Shown: positions 8,334-17,329 of the stretch, in pieces
Position numbering within the stretch: the stretch's first letter is position 1
Layout: each line of letters begins with the position of its first letter
Virus record (IMG/VR): IMGVR_UViG_2645727715_000002
Direction: 5' to 3' (one strand)
Source: a virus
Taxonomy: Duplodnaviria > Heunggongvirae > Uroviricota > Caudoviricetes
DNA: 36,924 bases
The notes under the pieces: generated by a model
Told to the model about the DNA's origin: nothing
Database searches by the model: none
The model's input: only the letters and a program-made list of their open reading frames with translations
Program-made: the position numbers and the translations under genes

Positions 8334-8414
8334 ACGCCCGGCGGCAACCGAGCGTTCTGAACAAATCCAGATGGAGTTCTGAGGTCATTACTGGATCTAT
8401 CAACAGGAGTCATT

Positions 8415-9314
8415 ATGACAAATACAGCAAAAATACTCAACTTCGGCAGAGGTAACTTTGCCGGACAGGAGCGTAATGTGGCAGATCTCGATGATGGTTA
8501 CGCCAGACTATCAAATATGCTGCTTGAGGCTTATTCGGGCGCAGATCTGACCAAGCGACAGTTTAAAGTGCTGCTTGCCATTCTGCGTAAAACCTATGGG
8601 TGGAATAAACCAATGGACAGAATCACCGATTCTCAACTTAGCGAGATTACAAAGTTACCCGTCAAACGGTGCAATGAAGCCAAGTTAGAACTCGTCAGAA
8701 TGAATATTATCAAGCAGCAAGGCGGCATGTTTGGACCAAATAAAAACATCTCAGAATGGTGTATCCCTCAAAACGAGGGAAAATCCCCTAAAACGAGGGA
8801 TAAAACATCCCTCAAATTGGGGGATTGCTATCCCTCAAAACAGAGGGACACAAAAGACACTATTACAAAAGAAAAAAGAAAAGATTATTCGTCAGAGAAT
8901 TCTGGCGAATCCTCTGACCAGCCAGAAAACGATCTTTCTGTGGTGAAACCGGATGCTGCAATTCAGAGCGGCAGCAAGTGGGGGACAGCAGAAGACCTGA
9001 CCGCCGCAGAGTGGATGTTTGACATGGTGAAGACCATCGCGCCATCAGCCAGAAAACCGAATTTTGCAGGGTGGGCTAACGATATCCGCCTGATGCGTGA
9101 ACGTGACGGACGTAACCACCGCGACATGTGCGTGCTGTTCCGCTGGGCATGCCAGGACAACTTCTGGTCCGGTAACGTGCTTAGTCCGGCCAAACTCCGC
9201 GACAAGTGGACTCAGCTCGAAATCAACCGTAACAAGCAACAGGCAGTCGTGACAGCCAGCAAACCAAAACTCGACCTGACAAACACAGACTGGATTTACG
9301 GGGTGGATCTATGA
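8415..9314 (+). CDS. O: Replication initiator O, 299 aa
   Basis: Translation matches lambda O; contains the ori iterons. Confidence 0.95.
   Translation: MTNTAKILNFGRGNFAGQERNVADLDDGYARLSNMLLEAYSGADLTKRQFKVLLAILRKTYGWNKPMDRITDSQLSEITKLPVKRCNEAKLELVRMNIIKQQGGMFGPNKNISEWCIPQNEGKSPKTRDKTSLKLGDCYPSKQRDTKDTITKEKRKDYSSENSGESSDQPENDLSVVKPDAAIQSGSKWGTAEDLTAAEWMFDMVKTIAPSARKPNFAGWANDIRLMRERDGRNHRDMCVLFRWACQDNFWSGNVLSPAKLRDKWTQLEINRNKQQAVVTASKPKLDLTNTDWIYGVDL
8762..8890. other. ori-lambda: four iterons plus an A/T-rich unwinding region inside O
   Basis: Four direct repeats of the type atccctcaaaacgaggga between about 8762 and 8848, followed by an A-rich block (caaaagaaaaaagaaaagatt). Confidence 0.85.
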
Positions 9315-10012
9315 AAAACATCGCCGCACAGATGGTTAACTTTGACCGTGAGCAGATGCGTCGGATCGCCAACAACATGCCGGAACAGTACGACGAAAAG
9401 CCGCAGGTACAGCAGGTAGCGCAGATCATCAACGGTGTGTTCAGCCAGTTACTGGCAACTTTCCCGGCGAGTCTGGCTAACCGTGACCAGAACGAAGTGA
9501 ACGAAATCCGTCGCCAGTGGGTTCTGGCTTTTCGGGAAAACGGGATCACCACGATGGAACAGGTTAACGCAGGAATGCGCGTAGCCCGTCGGCAGAATCG
9601 ACCATTTCTGCCATCACCCGGGCAGTTTGTTGCATGGTGCCGGGAAGAAGCATCCGTTATCGCCGGACTGCCAAACGTCAGCGAGCTGGTTGATATGGTT
9701 TACGAGTATTGCCGGAAGCGAGGCCTGTATCCGGATGCGGAGTCTTATCCGTGGAAATCAAACGCGCACTACTGGCTGGTTACCAACCTGTATCAGAACA
9801 TGCGGGCCAATGCGCTTACTGATGCGGAATTACGGCGCAAGGCTGCCGATGAACTGACCTGTATGACAGCGCGAATTAACCGTGGTGAGACGATACCTGA
9901 ACCAGTAAAACAACTTCCTGTTATGGGCGGTAGACCTCTAAATCGTGCACAGGCTCTGGCGAAGATCGCAGAAATTAAAGCTAAGTTCGGACTGAAAGGA
10001 GCAAGTGTATGA
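9311..10012 (+). CDS. P: Replication protein P (DnaB helicase loader), 233 aa
   Basis: Translation matches lambda P; start overlaps the O stop. Confidence 0.95.
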   Translation: MKNIAAQMVNFDREQMRRIANNMPEQYDEKPQVQQVAQIINGVFSQLLATFPASLANRDQNEVNEIRRQWVLAFRENGITTMEQVNAGMRVARRQNRPFLPSPGQFVAWCREEASVIAGLPNVSELVDMVYEYCRKRGLYPDAESYPWKSNAHYWLVTNLYQNMRANALTDAELRRKAADELTCMTARINRGETIPEPVKQLPVMGGRPLNRAQALAKIAEIKAKFGLKGASV

Positions 10013-10299
10013 CGGGCAAAGAGGCAATTATTCATTACCTGGGGACGCATAATAGCTTCTGTGCGCCGGACGTTGCCGCGCTAACAGGCGCAACAGTAAC
10101 CAGCATAAATCAGGCCGCGGCTAAAATGGCACGGGCAGGTCTTCTGGTTATCGAAGGTAAGGTCTGGCGAACGGTGTATTACCGGTTTGCTACCAGGGAA
10201 GAACGGGAAGGAAAGATGAGCACGAACCTGATTTTTAAGGAGTGTCGCCAGAGTGCCGCGATGAAACGGGTATTGGCGGTATATGGAGTTAAAAGATGA
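10009..10299 (+). CDS. ren: Ren (Rex exclusion escape), 96 aa
   Basis: Translation matches recalled lambda Ren; overlaps the P stop. Confidence 0.85.
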   Translation: MTGKEAIIHYLGTHNSFCAPDVAALTGATVTSINQAAAKMARAGLLVIEGKVWRTVYYRFATREEREGKMSTNLIFKECRQSAAMKRVLAVYGVKR

Positions 10300-10372
10300 C
10301 CATCTACATTACTGAGCTAATAACAGGCCTGCTGGTAATCGCAGGCCTTTTTATTTGGGGGAGAGGGAAGTC

Positions 10373-10813
10373 ATGAAAAAACTAACCTTTGAAATTCGAT
10401 CTCCAGCACATCAGCAAAACGCTATTCACGCAGTACAGCAAATCCTTCCAGACCCAACCAAACCAATCGTAGTAACCATTCAGGAACGCAACCGCAGCTT
10501 AGACCAAAACAGGAAGCTATGGGCCTGCTTAGGTGACGTCTCTCGTCAGGTTGAATGGCATGGTCGCTGGCTGGATGCAGAAAGCTGGAAGTGTGTGTTT
10601 ACCGCAGCATTAAAGCAGCAGGATGTTGTTCCTAACCTTGCCGGGAATGGCTTTGTGGTAATAGGCCAGTCAACCAGCAGGATGCGTGTAGGCGAATTTG
10701 CGGAGCTATTAGAGCTTATACAGGCATTCGGTACAGAGCGTGGCGTTAAGTGGTCAGACGAAGCGAGACTGGCTCTGGAGTGGAAAGCGAGATGGGGAGA
10801 TCGGGCTGCATGA
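10373..10813 (+). CDS. ninB: NinB (Orf-family recombination mediator), 146 aa
   Basis: MKKLTFEIRSPAHQQNAIHAVQQILPDPTKP... matches lambda NinB; ATG at 10373. Confidence 0.85.
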   Translation: MKKLTFEIRSPAHQQNAIHAVQQILPDPTKPIVVTIQERNRSLDQNRKLWACLGDVSRQVEWHGRWLDAESWKCVFTAALKQQDVVPNLAGNGFVVIGQSTSRMRVGEFAELLELIQAFGTERGVKWSDEARLALEWKARWGDRAA

Positions 10814-11337
10814 CTATCAAATCAAATACGCCAGCACACGACAAGGACTGCTGGCAAACGCCGCTTTGGCTTTTTGATGCACTGGATATTGAGTTTGGAT
10901 TCTGGCTGGATTCGGCAGCGAGCGACAAAAATGCTCTGTGTGCTCACTGGCTAACTGAGGCCGACGACGCGCTCAATTCTGAGTGGGTAAGCCACGGTGC
11001 AATCTGGAATAACCCACCGTACAGCAATATCAGGCCGTGGGTGGAAAAAGCCGCTGAGCAGTGCATACAACAGCGACAGACGGTAGTGATGCTTGTGCCA
11101 GAGGATATGTCAGTCGGATGGTTCAGCAAGGCTCTGGAGAGTGTCGACGAAGTTCGCATTATCACTGATGGACGGATTAATTTTATCGAACCATCGACAG
11201 GGTTGGAGAAGAAGGGAAACAGCAAAGGCTCCATGCTGCTGATTTGGCGACCGTTCATCAGTCCTCGACGGATGTTTACTACCGTATCCAAAGCGGCATT
11301 GATGGCGATCGGGCAGGGCGTCAGGAGGGCGGCATGA
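10810..11337 (+). CDS. Phage Dam-like DNA N6-adenine methyltransferase (about 175 aa)
   Basis: Translation from the ATG at 10810 ([26 protein letters not shown]...NPPYSN...) has the NPPY catalytic motif of N6-adenine methyltransferases; ATGA overlap with the ninB stop; occupies the position of lambda ninC. Confidence 0.7.
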   Translation: MTIKSNTPAHDKDCWQTPLWLFDALDIEFGFWLDSAASDKNALCAHWLTEADDALNSEWVSHGAIWNNPPYSNIRPWVEKAAEQCIQQRQTVVMLVPEDMSVGWFSKALESVDEVRIITDGRINFIEPSTGLEKKGNSKGSMLLIWRPFISPRRMFTTVSKAALMAIGQGVRRAA

Positions 11338-11510
11338 GGCGACAGCGACGAAGTTTCACCGACATCATCTGCGAAAACTGCAAATACCTTCCAACGAAAC
11401 GCTCCAGAAATAAACGCAAGCCAATCCCAAAAGAATCTGACGTAAAAACCTTCAATTACACAGCTCACCTGTGGGATATCCGGTGGCTAAGATATCGTGC
11501 GAGGAAATGA
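11334..11510 (+). CDS. ninE: NinE, 58 aa
   Basis: [58 protein letters not shown] resembles lambda NinE; ATGA overlap with the methyltransferase stop. Confidence 0.75.
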   Translation: MRRQRRSFTDIICENCKYLPTKRSRNKRKPIPKESDVKTFNYTAHLWDIRWLRYRARK

Positions 11511-11854
11511 CAATGGATTATTCACAGTTAAGTGATTTTGAAATTAACAGAATGGTAGGAGACATAATTTTTAAAGGCCTTTGGGCAAGTAAACCGGAAA
11601 CATCAGGGAATAACACCAACAAATGGTATTACGGAAATGCTGATACAACTTTTGAGCCATTAAATCATTTGCCTGATTACTGCAATGATCCGAGCGCTTC
11701 ATGGCCGATTATTGAGAAATACAGGATTTCTATCTTAGACCAGTTAACTGAATGGTGTGTGGATGCAAAAGGCGTAAGCCCAATATTTGATACCAGACCT
11801 CTCCGCGCCGCCATGATTGTCTTTCTCCTGATGCAGGAGGCCAATAATGCTTAG
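11507..11854 (+). CDS. Hypothetical nin-region protein (115 aa)
   Basis: ORF with ATG at 11507 overlapping the ninE stop (ATGA); no recognisable motif. Confidence 0.5.
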   Translation: MTMDYSQLSDFEINRMVGDIIFKGLWASKPETSGNNTNKWYYGNADTTFEPLNHLPDYCNDPSASWPIIEKYRISILDQLTEWCVDAKGVSPIFDTRPLRAAMIVFLLMQEANNA

Positions 11855-12041
11855 CCCATCTCAATCCCTTCAATACCTGAAAGGAAGCATAGAGCGGGCT
11901 TCAATGTGCACAGAGTGGATTCTATCTAGGTTTAGCGCATACAGAAGATTGCCGGTAAAGGGCATGCCAAGCAAGTCGATGCTGCATATGCAAAAGAATG
12001 CGCGCTGGAAGGTATGGCGAGAACACAGGTTATCTGGCTGA
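11847..12041 (+). CDS. NinF-like small protein (N-terminus [10 protein letters not shown] conserved, remainder divergent)
   Basis: The first 10 residues match recalled lambda NinF; the remainder does not. Confidence 0.45.
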   Translation: MLSPSQSLQYLKGSIERASMCTEWILSRFSAYRRLPVKGMPSKSMLHMQKNARWKVWREHRLSG

Positions 12042-12060
12042 AAGAGGGGGTTATTAAGGC

Positions 12061-12423
12061 GTGAATACCTACAGCATCACATTACCCTGGCCTCCGAGCA
12101 ATAATCGCTATTACCGCCATAATCGCGGGCGCACGCACGTCAGCGCAGAGGGGCAGGCATACCGCGATAACGTCGCCCGAATCATTAAAAACGCAATGCT
12201 GGATATCGGCCTGACTATGCCTGTGAAAATCCGCATTGAGTGCCACATGCCGGATCGCCGTCGCCGTGACCTGGATAATCTGCAAAAAGCCGCTTTTGAC
12301 GCACTCACTAAAGCAGGTTTCTGGCTGGATGATGCTCAGGTCGTTGATTACCGCGTTGTGAAGATGCCTGTTACCAAAGGTGGGAGGCTGGAACTGACCA
12401 TCACCGAAATGGGGAATGAATGA
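12061..12423 (+). CDS. rusA: RusA Holliday-junction resolvase, 120 aa
   Basis: [47 protein letters not shown]... matches E. coli prophage (DLP12-type) RusA. Confidence 0.9.
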   Translation: MNTYSITLPWPPSNNRYYRHNRGRTHVSAEGQAYRDNVARIIKNAMLDIGLTMPVKIRIECHMPDRRRRDLDNLQKAAFDALTKAGFWLDDAQVVDYRVVKMPVTKGGRLELTITEMGNE

Positions 12424-12560
12424 TGTTTGAGTTTAATATGGCAGAACTTCTTCGCCACCGCTGGGGGCGTCTGCGCTTATATCGTTTCCCCGGTTCTGTT
12501 TTGACCGATTACCGAATACTGAAGAATTACGCCAAAACACTGACAGGAGCAGGAGTATGA
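12420..12560 (+). CDS. ylcG: YlcG-like small protein, 46 aa
   Basis: ATG at 12420 overlapping the rusA stop; translation [46 protein letters not shown]; DLP12-type gene order rusA-ylcG-Q. Confidence 0.6.
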   Translation: MMFEFNMAELLRHRWGRLRLYRFPGSVLTDYRILKNYAKTLTGAGV

Positions 12561-12645
12561 AGTCAGAGATAACAATCAACTAATACTGTTTTGTTGATTT
12601 TTGCTTGTAATTGGCGTTCTGGTCTGATTTTTGTGGAGTAAGTTG

Positions 12646-13029
12646 ATGCGTGATATTCAGATGGTTCTTGAGCGTTGGGGAGCGTGGGCGGCTAATAATC
12701 ATGAAGATGTGACCTGGTCGTCCATTGCCGCCGGTTTTAAGGGATTAATTACTTCAAAAGTAAAATCTCGCCCGCAATGTTGTGACGATGACGCGATGAT
12801 CATTTGCGGGTGCATGGCCCGTCTGAAAAAGAACAACAGCGATTTGCACGATTTATTAGTAGATTATTATGTAGTCGGTATGACATTCATGTCACTGGCA
12901 GGTAAGCATTGCTGCTCTGATGGTTATATCGGGAAAAGGTTACAGAAGGCTGAGGGTATAATTGAAGGGATGTTAATGGCATTAGATATCCGGTTAGAGA
13001 TGGATATCGTTGTTAATAACTCTAATTAA
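12646..13029 (+). CDS. Q: Late antiterminator Q (phage 82 / DLP12 quuD type), 127 aa
   Basis: [26 protein letters not shown]... with a Cys-rich zinc-binding segment; GGAG upstream of the ATG at 12646; not lambda-type Q. Confidence 0.8.
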   Translation: MRDIQMVLERWGAWAANNHEDVTWSSIAAGFKGLITSKVKSRPQCCDDDAMIICGCMARLKKNNSDLHDLLVDYYVVGMTFMSLAGKHCCSDGYIGKRLQKAEGIIEGMLMALDIRLEMDIVVNNSN

Positions 13030-13046
13030 TATGCCAGTTGTTTACT

Positions 13047-13080
13047 AAAAATTATTAAAAATGGGGCGTTGAGACGCCCC
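13047..13080 (-). terminator. Candidate rho-independent terminator for the porin transcript
   Basis: Stem ggggcg (13063-13068) / cgcccc (13075-13080); on the minus strand it is followed by a T-rich tract (A-rich 13047-13062 on the plus strand). Confidence 0.45.
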
Positions 13081-13218
13081 CAAAAATAAAGGGTAATATA
13101 TAACAGAAGGTTTATATAGTTAGAAGCAAGGTTGTGCTTCTAAAGGAAGTGGCTTGAGGGAGCCACTTATATGTTGGGGAGGCAACGCCTCCCGCAACAT
13201 ATCTTTTTCGTAATCAGA

Positions 13219-14316
13219 TTAGAACTGGTAAACCAGACCTACAGCAACGATGTCATCAGTGCTTACACCGAGTGCTTTAGTGAAGTCATTTTTGTCAAGC
13301 AGGTTGATTTTGTAATCAACGAAAGTAGACATATTTTTGTTGAAGTAATAGGTTGCACCTACATCAACATATTTGACTAAGTCCTGATCGCCCCATACTC
13401 CAAGATCCTTACCTTTAGATTGCAGGTAAGCAACGGACGGACGCAGACCGAAATCGAACTGATATTGTGCAACAGCTTCGAAGTTTTGGGCTTTATTAGC
13501 AACGAAGTGATCAGCAAATACAGTCATATTCTGGGTTTCAGAATAGGTAGTGGCCAGGTAAATGTTGTTAGCGTCATATTTCAGACCTGCGGCCCAAACT
13601 TCTGCATTTTTACCGGAAGCAAATACTTCAGGAAGAACTTTCCCTGCATTAACTTGAGTGTCGGTACGATCAGATTTCGCATAAGTTGCACCGATACCGA
13701 ATCCTTCGTATTCATAGGTAGCAGAGAAACCGAAGCCATCACCGTTACCTTCAGTGTAGTTATCGAAATCGCTACGATCGTTTTTGCCTTGGTACTGAGC
13801 AGCAAAATTCAGACCATCAACCAGACCAAAGAAGTCGTTGTTACGATAGGTTGCAACACCAGTTGCACGTTGAGTCATGAACACGTCGGTTTGAGTCCAA
13901 GTGTCACCACCGAATTCTGGCAGGACGTCAGTCCACGCACCGATGTCGTATGCTACACCGTAGTTACGGCCGTAATCGATGGAGCCGTAGTCACCGAATT
14001 TCAGGCCAGCGAAGGCAAGACGGGTTTTATCTTTGGAGGAACCTTGAGATTCAGCGCGGTTGCCTTTGAATTCATATTCCCACTGACCGAAACCAGTCAG
14101 TTGATCGTTGATTTGGGTTTCACCTTTGAAGCCAAGACGGGCATAAGTAGTATCACCATCATCTGCATCATTAGAGGAGAAGTAGTGCTTAGCATTAACT
14201 TTCCCGTACAGATCCAGCTTGTTACTGTCTTTATTATAAATTTCAGCTGCCTGAGCAGACATCGCCATCAGTACTGATGCAGCTACAGCAGAAATTGCCA
14301 CTGTTAATTTTTTCAT
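13219..14316 (-). CDS. OmpC/NmpC/Lc-family general porin (phage-borne lysogenic-conversion porin), 365 aa
   Basis: Signal peptide [23 protein letters not shown], 16-strand porin hallmarks and C-terminal ...VGLVYQF; placed between Q and the lysis genes as nmpC is in DLP12 and lc in PA-2. Confidence 0.9.
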   Translation of the reverse strand: MKKLTVAISAVAASVLMAMSAQAAEIYNKDSNKLDLYGKVNAKHYFSSNDADDGDTTYARLGFKGETQINDQLTGFGQWEYEFKGNRAESQGSSKDKTRLAFAGLKFGDYGSIDYGRNYGVAYDIGAWTDVLPEFGGDTWTQTDVFMTQRATGVATYRNNDFFGLVDGLNFAAQYQGKNDRSDFDNYTEGNGDGFGFSATYEYEGFGIGATYAKSDRTDTQVNAGKVLPEVFASGKNAEVWAAGLKYDANNIYLATTYSETQNMTVFADHFVANKAQNFEAVAQYQFDFGLRPSVAYLQSKGKDLGVWGDQDLVKYVDVGATYYFNKNMSTFVDYKINLLDKNDFTKALGVSTDDIVAVGLVYQF

Positions 14317-14746
14317 CGTGAGCCCTTTTTTGAACTATTATTAAAAAATGATGTCACTGCGCGATAAATATTCATCTAATCAATGTGATTATTTCAAGAT
14401 GTAAGTTTTGGTTTCTCGTTTGATTTGTGAAGTAGATCTCTATTTTTATCTGAACTTTTTTTTCTATCGAATCCTATTCATGGCTCTTGGCTGAATAAAA
14501 AATAAATCTGTTAGCCAATTTATATTAACGGCTGTTATTTATAAGTGCTCTATAATTTGAAAGTTCAATTTAAACCGGCTAAAAATAACACTGGAAATTA
14601 TTTGTTGGTTATTTGTTGAGATTTGCTTATGTATTTGTAGTGGTGTTTTCAATACTCGGTAGCATTCTCGCAAATATCATTTAGTGGTTTACGTACGTAA
14701 AAAATTGGTTATGCTGTTAAGAGTGGTTACTTCGTCACACAGCTTA

Positions 14747-14770
14747 AACCCGCCGTCGAGCGGGTTTTTC
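14747..14770 (+). terminator. Rho-independent terminator upstream of the lysis cassette (candidate tR'-equivalent)
   Basis: Stem cccgc (14749-14753) / gcggg (14760-14764) with a 6-nt loop, followed by TTTTT (14765-14769). Confidence 0.55.
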
Positions 14771-14890
14771 CATTTTTTGAGTCTCGATATTAGCTGATAA
14801 CCCAATACCTGAGTTATTCACTGACTCCGAGTCTGTTACGTTTCGTAGTATTCCCTCAATTTACACCCGCTTTGTCTGCGAGGTGGGGTT

Positions 14891-15106
14891 ATGAAATCCA
14901 TGGATAAGTTAACAACGGGTGTCGCCTATGGCACCTCAGCAGGTAGTGCCGGGTACTGGTTTTTACAGCTGCTAGATAAAGTCACGCCCTCACAGTGGGC
15001 GGCAATTGGAGTGCTGGGTAGCCTGGTATTTGGCCTGCTGACGTACCTGACAAACCTTTATTTCAAGATTAAAGAAGATAAGCGCAAGGCTGCGAGAGGT
15101 GGATAA
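14891..15106 (+). CDS. S: Holin/antiholin, phage-21-type pinholin (71 aa, dual-start motif MKSM)
   Basis: [71 protein letters not shown]; two TM segments; resembles S21. Confidence 0.85.
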
Positions 15107-15603
15107 TGCCTCCATCATTACGAAAAGCTGTTGCTGCTGCTATTGGTGGCGGGGCTATTGCTATAGCATCTGTATTAATCACTGGCCCAAGTGGTAACGA
15201 TGGTCTGGAAGGTGTGAGACATAATCCTTACAAAGACATAGTTGGTGTATGGACTGTATGTCACGGGCATACAGGAAAAGACATCATTCCCGGTAAAACG
15301 TATACCGAAGCAGAGTGCAAAGCCCTCCTGAATAAAGACCTTGCCACTGTCGCCAGACAAATTAACCCGTACATCAAAGTCGATATACCGGAAACAACGC
15401 GCGGCGCTCTTTACTCGTTCGTCTACAACGTGGGTGCTGGCAATTTCAGAACATCGACGCTTCTTCGCAAAATAAACCAGGGTGATATTAAAGGCGCATG
15501 TGATCAGCTACGTCGCTGGACATATGCTGGCGGTAAGCAATGGAAAGGTCTCATGACTCGTCGTGAGATTGAGCGTGAAATCTGTTTGTGGGGTCAGCAA
15601 TGA
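15106..15603 (+). CDS. R: SAR endolysin (T4-lysozyme-like muramidase with N-terminal signal-anchor-release domain), phage-21 R type
   Basis: N-terminal Gly/Ala-rich weakly hydrophobic segment ([20 protein letters not shown]) followed by a lysozyme domain; ATGA overlap with the S stop. Confidence 0.85.
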   Translation: MPPSLRKAVAAAIGGGAIAIASVLITGPSGNDGLEGVRHNPYKDIVGVWTVCHGHTGKDIIPGKTYTEAECKALLNKDLATVARQINPYIKVDIPETTRGALYSFVYNVGAGNFRTSTLLRKINQGDIKGACDQLRRWTYAGGKQWKGLMTRREIEREICLWGQQ

Positions 15604-16061
15604 ACAGAGTAACCGCGATTATCTCCGCTCTGGTTATCTGCATCATCGTCGGCCTGTCATGGGCTGTTAATCATTACCGTGATAACGCCATTACCTACAA
15701 AGCCCAGCGCGACAAAAATGCCAGAGAACTGAAGCTGGCGAACGCGGCAATTACTGACATGCAGATGCGTCAGCGTGATGTTGCTGCGCTCGATGCAAAA
15801 TACACGAAGGAGTTAGCTGATGCGAAAGCTGAAAATGATGCTCTGCGTGATGATGTTGCCGCTGGTCGTCGTCGGTTGCACATCAAAGCAGTCTGTCAGT
15901 CAGTGCGTGAAGCCACCACCGCCTCCGGCGTGGATAATGCAGCCTCCCCCCGACTGGCAGACACCGCTGAACGGGATTATTTCACCCTCAGAGAGAGGCT
16001 GATTACTATGCAAAAACAACTGGAAGGAACCCAGAAGTATATTAATGAGCAGTGCAGATAG
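15600..16061 (+). CDS. Rz: Rz spanin (inner-membrane subunit)
   Basis: [45 protein letters not shown]... matches lambda Rz; ATG 15600 overlaps the R stop. Confidence 0.85.
   Translation: MNRVTAIISALVICIIVGLSWAVNHYRDNAITYKAQRDKNARELKLANAAITDMQMRQRDVAALDAKYTKELADAKAENDALRDDVAAGRRRLHIKAVCQSVREATTASGVDNAASPRLADTAERDYFTLRERLITMQKQLEGTQKYINEQCR
15820..16002 (+). CDS. Rz1: Rz1 spanin (outer-membrane lipoprotein) embedded in Rz in the +1 frame
   Basis: 60-aa ORF with lipobox LVVVGC and a proline-rich segment ([16 protein letters not shown]), as in lambda Rz1. Confidence 0.75.
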   Translation: MRKLKMMLCVMMLPLVVVGCTSKQSVSQCVKPPPPPAWIMQPPPDWQTPLNGIISPSERG

Positions 16062-16092
16062 AGCTGCCCATATCTATGGGCAACTCATGCAA

Positions 16093-16377
16093 TTATTGTG
16101 AGCAATACACACGCGCTTCCAGCGGAGTATAAATGCCTAAAGTAATAAAACCGAGAAATCCATTTACGAATGTTTGCTGGGTTTCTGTTTTAACAACATT
16201 TTCTGCGCCGCCACAAATTTTGGCTGCATCAACAGTTTTCTCCTGTCCAATTCCCGAAACGAAGAAATGATGGGTGATGGTTTCCTTTGGTGTTACTGCT
16301 GTCGGTTTGTTTCCAACAGTAAACGTCTGTTGAGCACATCCTGTAATAAGCATTGCCAGAGCGGCAGAAAACAACAT
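16093..16377 (-). CDS. bor: Bor lipoprotein (serum-resistance homolog)
   Basis: MLFSAALAMLITGCAQQTFTVGNKPTAVTPKETITHHFFVSGIGQEK... with lipobox LITGC; a further upstream ATG (16383-16385) is out of frame by one base. Confidence 0.8.
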   Translation of the reverse strand: MLFSAALAMLITGCAQQTFTVGNKPTAVTPKETITHHFFVSGIGQEKTVDAAKICGGAENVVKTETQQTFVNGFLGFITLGIYTPLEARVYCSQ

Positions 16378-16745
16378 TTTTTCATCTTATTATCCTGCAT
16401 TGTTAAAAACGGCAGAATCCTATGTGACAACAATTAAACGATAGTTAAATGGATTGATGAAAATTAAAACTATATAGGTGGATGCTCAGCCTATTGGAGG
16501 AGGGGGGGGCACTCAGAATCCTGTGGAATGAAATAAACCGCTCTTTCTGTCCATTACCCTTTTAGCTGCGCTGTATCGTCGCCGTATTCCCGCATTAACC
16601 ATGACCGTAGCCCGACGGGGAATTCCTTCTGCGTGAGTGTGCGGGAATAATCAAAACGATGCACACCGGGTTTTACTGTGCTGACAGACGCAGGGTTACC
16701 CTCATAGTCGCTTTTCCGGTGCGATGGTGGAAGAAACCGGGATGT

Positions 16746-16940
16746 TTATTCATCATCACTCTGGATTGATGTATATGCTCTCTTTTCTGACGTTAGTCTC
16801 CGACGGCAGGCTTCAATGACCCAGGCTGAGAAATTCCCGGACCCTTTTTGCTCAAGAGCGATGTTAATTTGTTCAATCATTTGGTTAGGAAAGCGGATGT
16901 TGCGGGTTGTTGTTCTGCGGGTTCTGTTCTTCGTTGACAT
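16746..16940 (-). CDS. Small basic protein (64 aa), YlcI/DUF3950-like, right-end lambda ORF
   Basis: ORF MSTKNRTRRTTTRNIRFPNQMIEQINIALEQKGSGNFSAWVIEACRRRL...; the flanking sequence matches the lambda right end as recalled. Confidence 0.55.
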   Translation of the reverse strand: MSTKNRTRRTTTRNIRFPNQMIEQINIALEQKGSGNFSAWVIEACRRRLTSEKRAYTSIQSDDE

Positions 16941-17099
16941 GAGGTTGTCCCGTATTCAGTGTCGCTGATTTGTATTGTCTGAAGTTGTTTTTACGTTAAG
17001 TTGATGCAGATCAATTAATATGATACCTGCGTCATAATTGATTATTTGACGTGGTTTGATGGCGTAGATGCACGTTGTGACATGCAGATGATAATTATT

Positions 17100-17329
17100 A
17101 TCATTTTGCGGGTCCTTTCCGGCGATCCGACAGGTTACGGGGCGGCGACCTCGCGGGTTTTCGCTATTTATGAAAATTTTCCGGTTTAAGGCATTTCCGT
17201 TCTTCTTCGTTGTAACTTAATGTTTTTATTTAAAATACCCCCTGAAAAGAAAGGAAACGACAGGTGCTGAAAACGGGCTTTTTTGGCCTCTGTCGTTTCC
17301 TTTCTCTGTTTTTGTCCGTGGAATGAACA
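17100..17329. other. cos region (cosQ-cosN-cosB); cosN 12-nt cohesive-end sequence GGGCGGCGACCT at 17140-17151
   Basis: The cohesive-end sequence and flanking bases (…acggggcggcgacctcgcgggttttcgctatttatgaaaattttccggtttaaggc…) match lambda cos as recalled; sits immediately upstream of Nu1. Confidence 0.8.

Noticed and set aside
8762-8848. Tandem direct repeats that might be mistaken for a CRISPR array or a mobile-element end
   Set aside because: Four roughly 20-bp iterons inside the O coding sequence followed by an A/T-rich block are the ori-lambda O-binding sites, not CRISPR repeats (no spacers, and they are within a gene)
13420-14277. 285-aa plus-strand ORF
   Set aside because: Lies entirely antisense within the porin gene, whose reading frame has a signal peptide and porin hallmarks; shadow ORF
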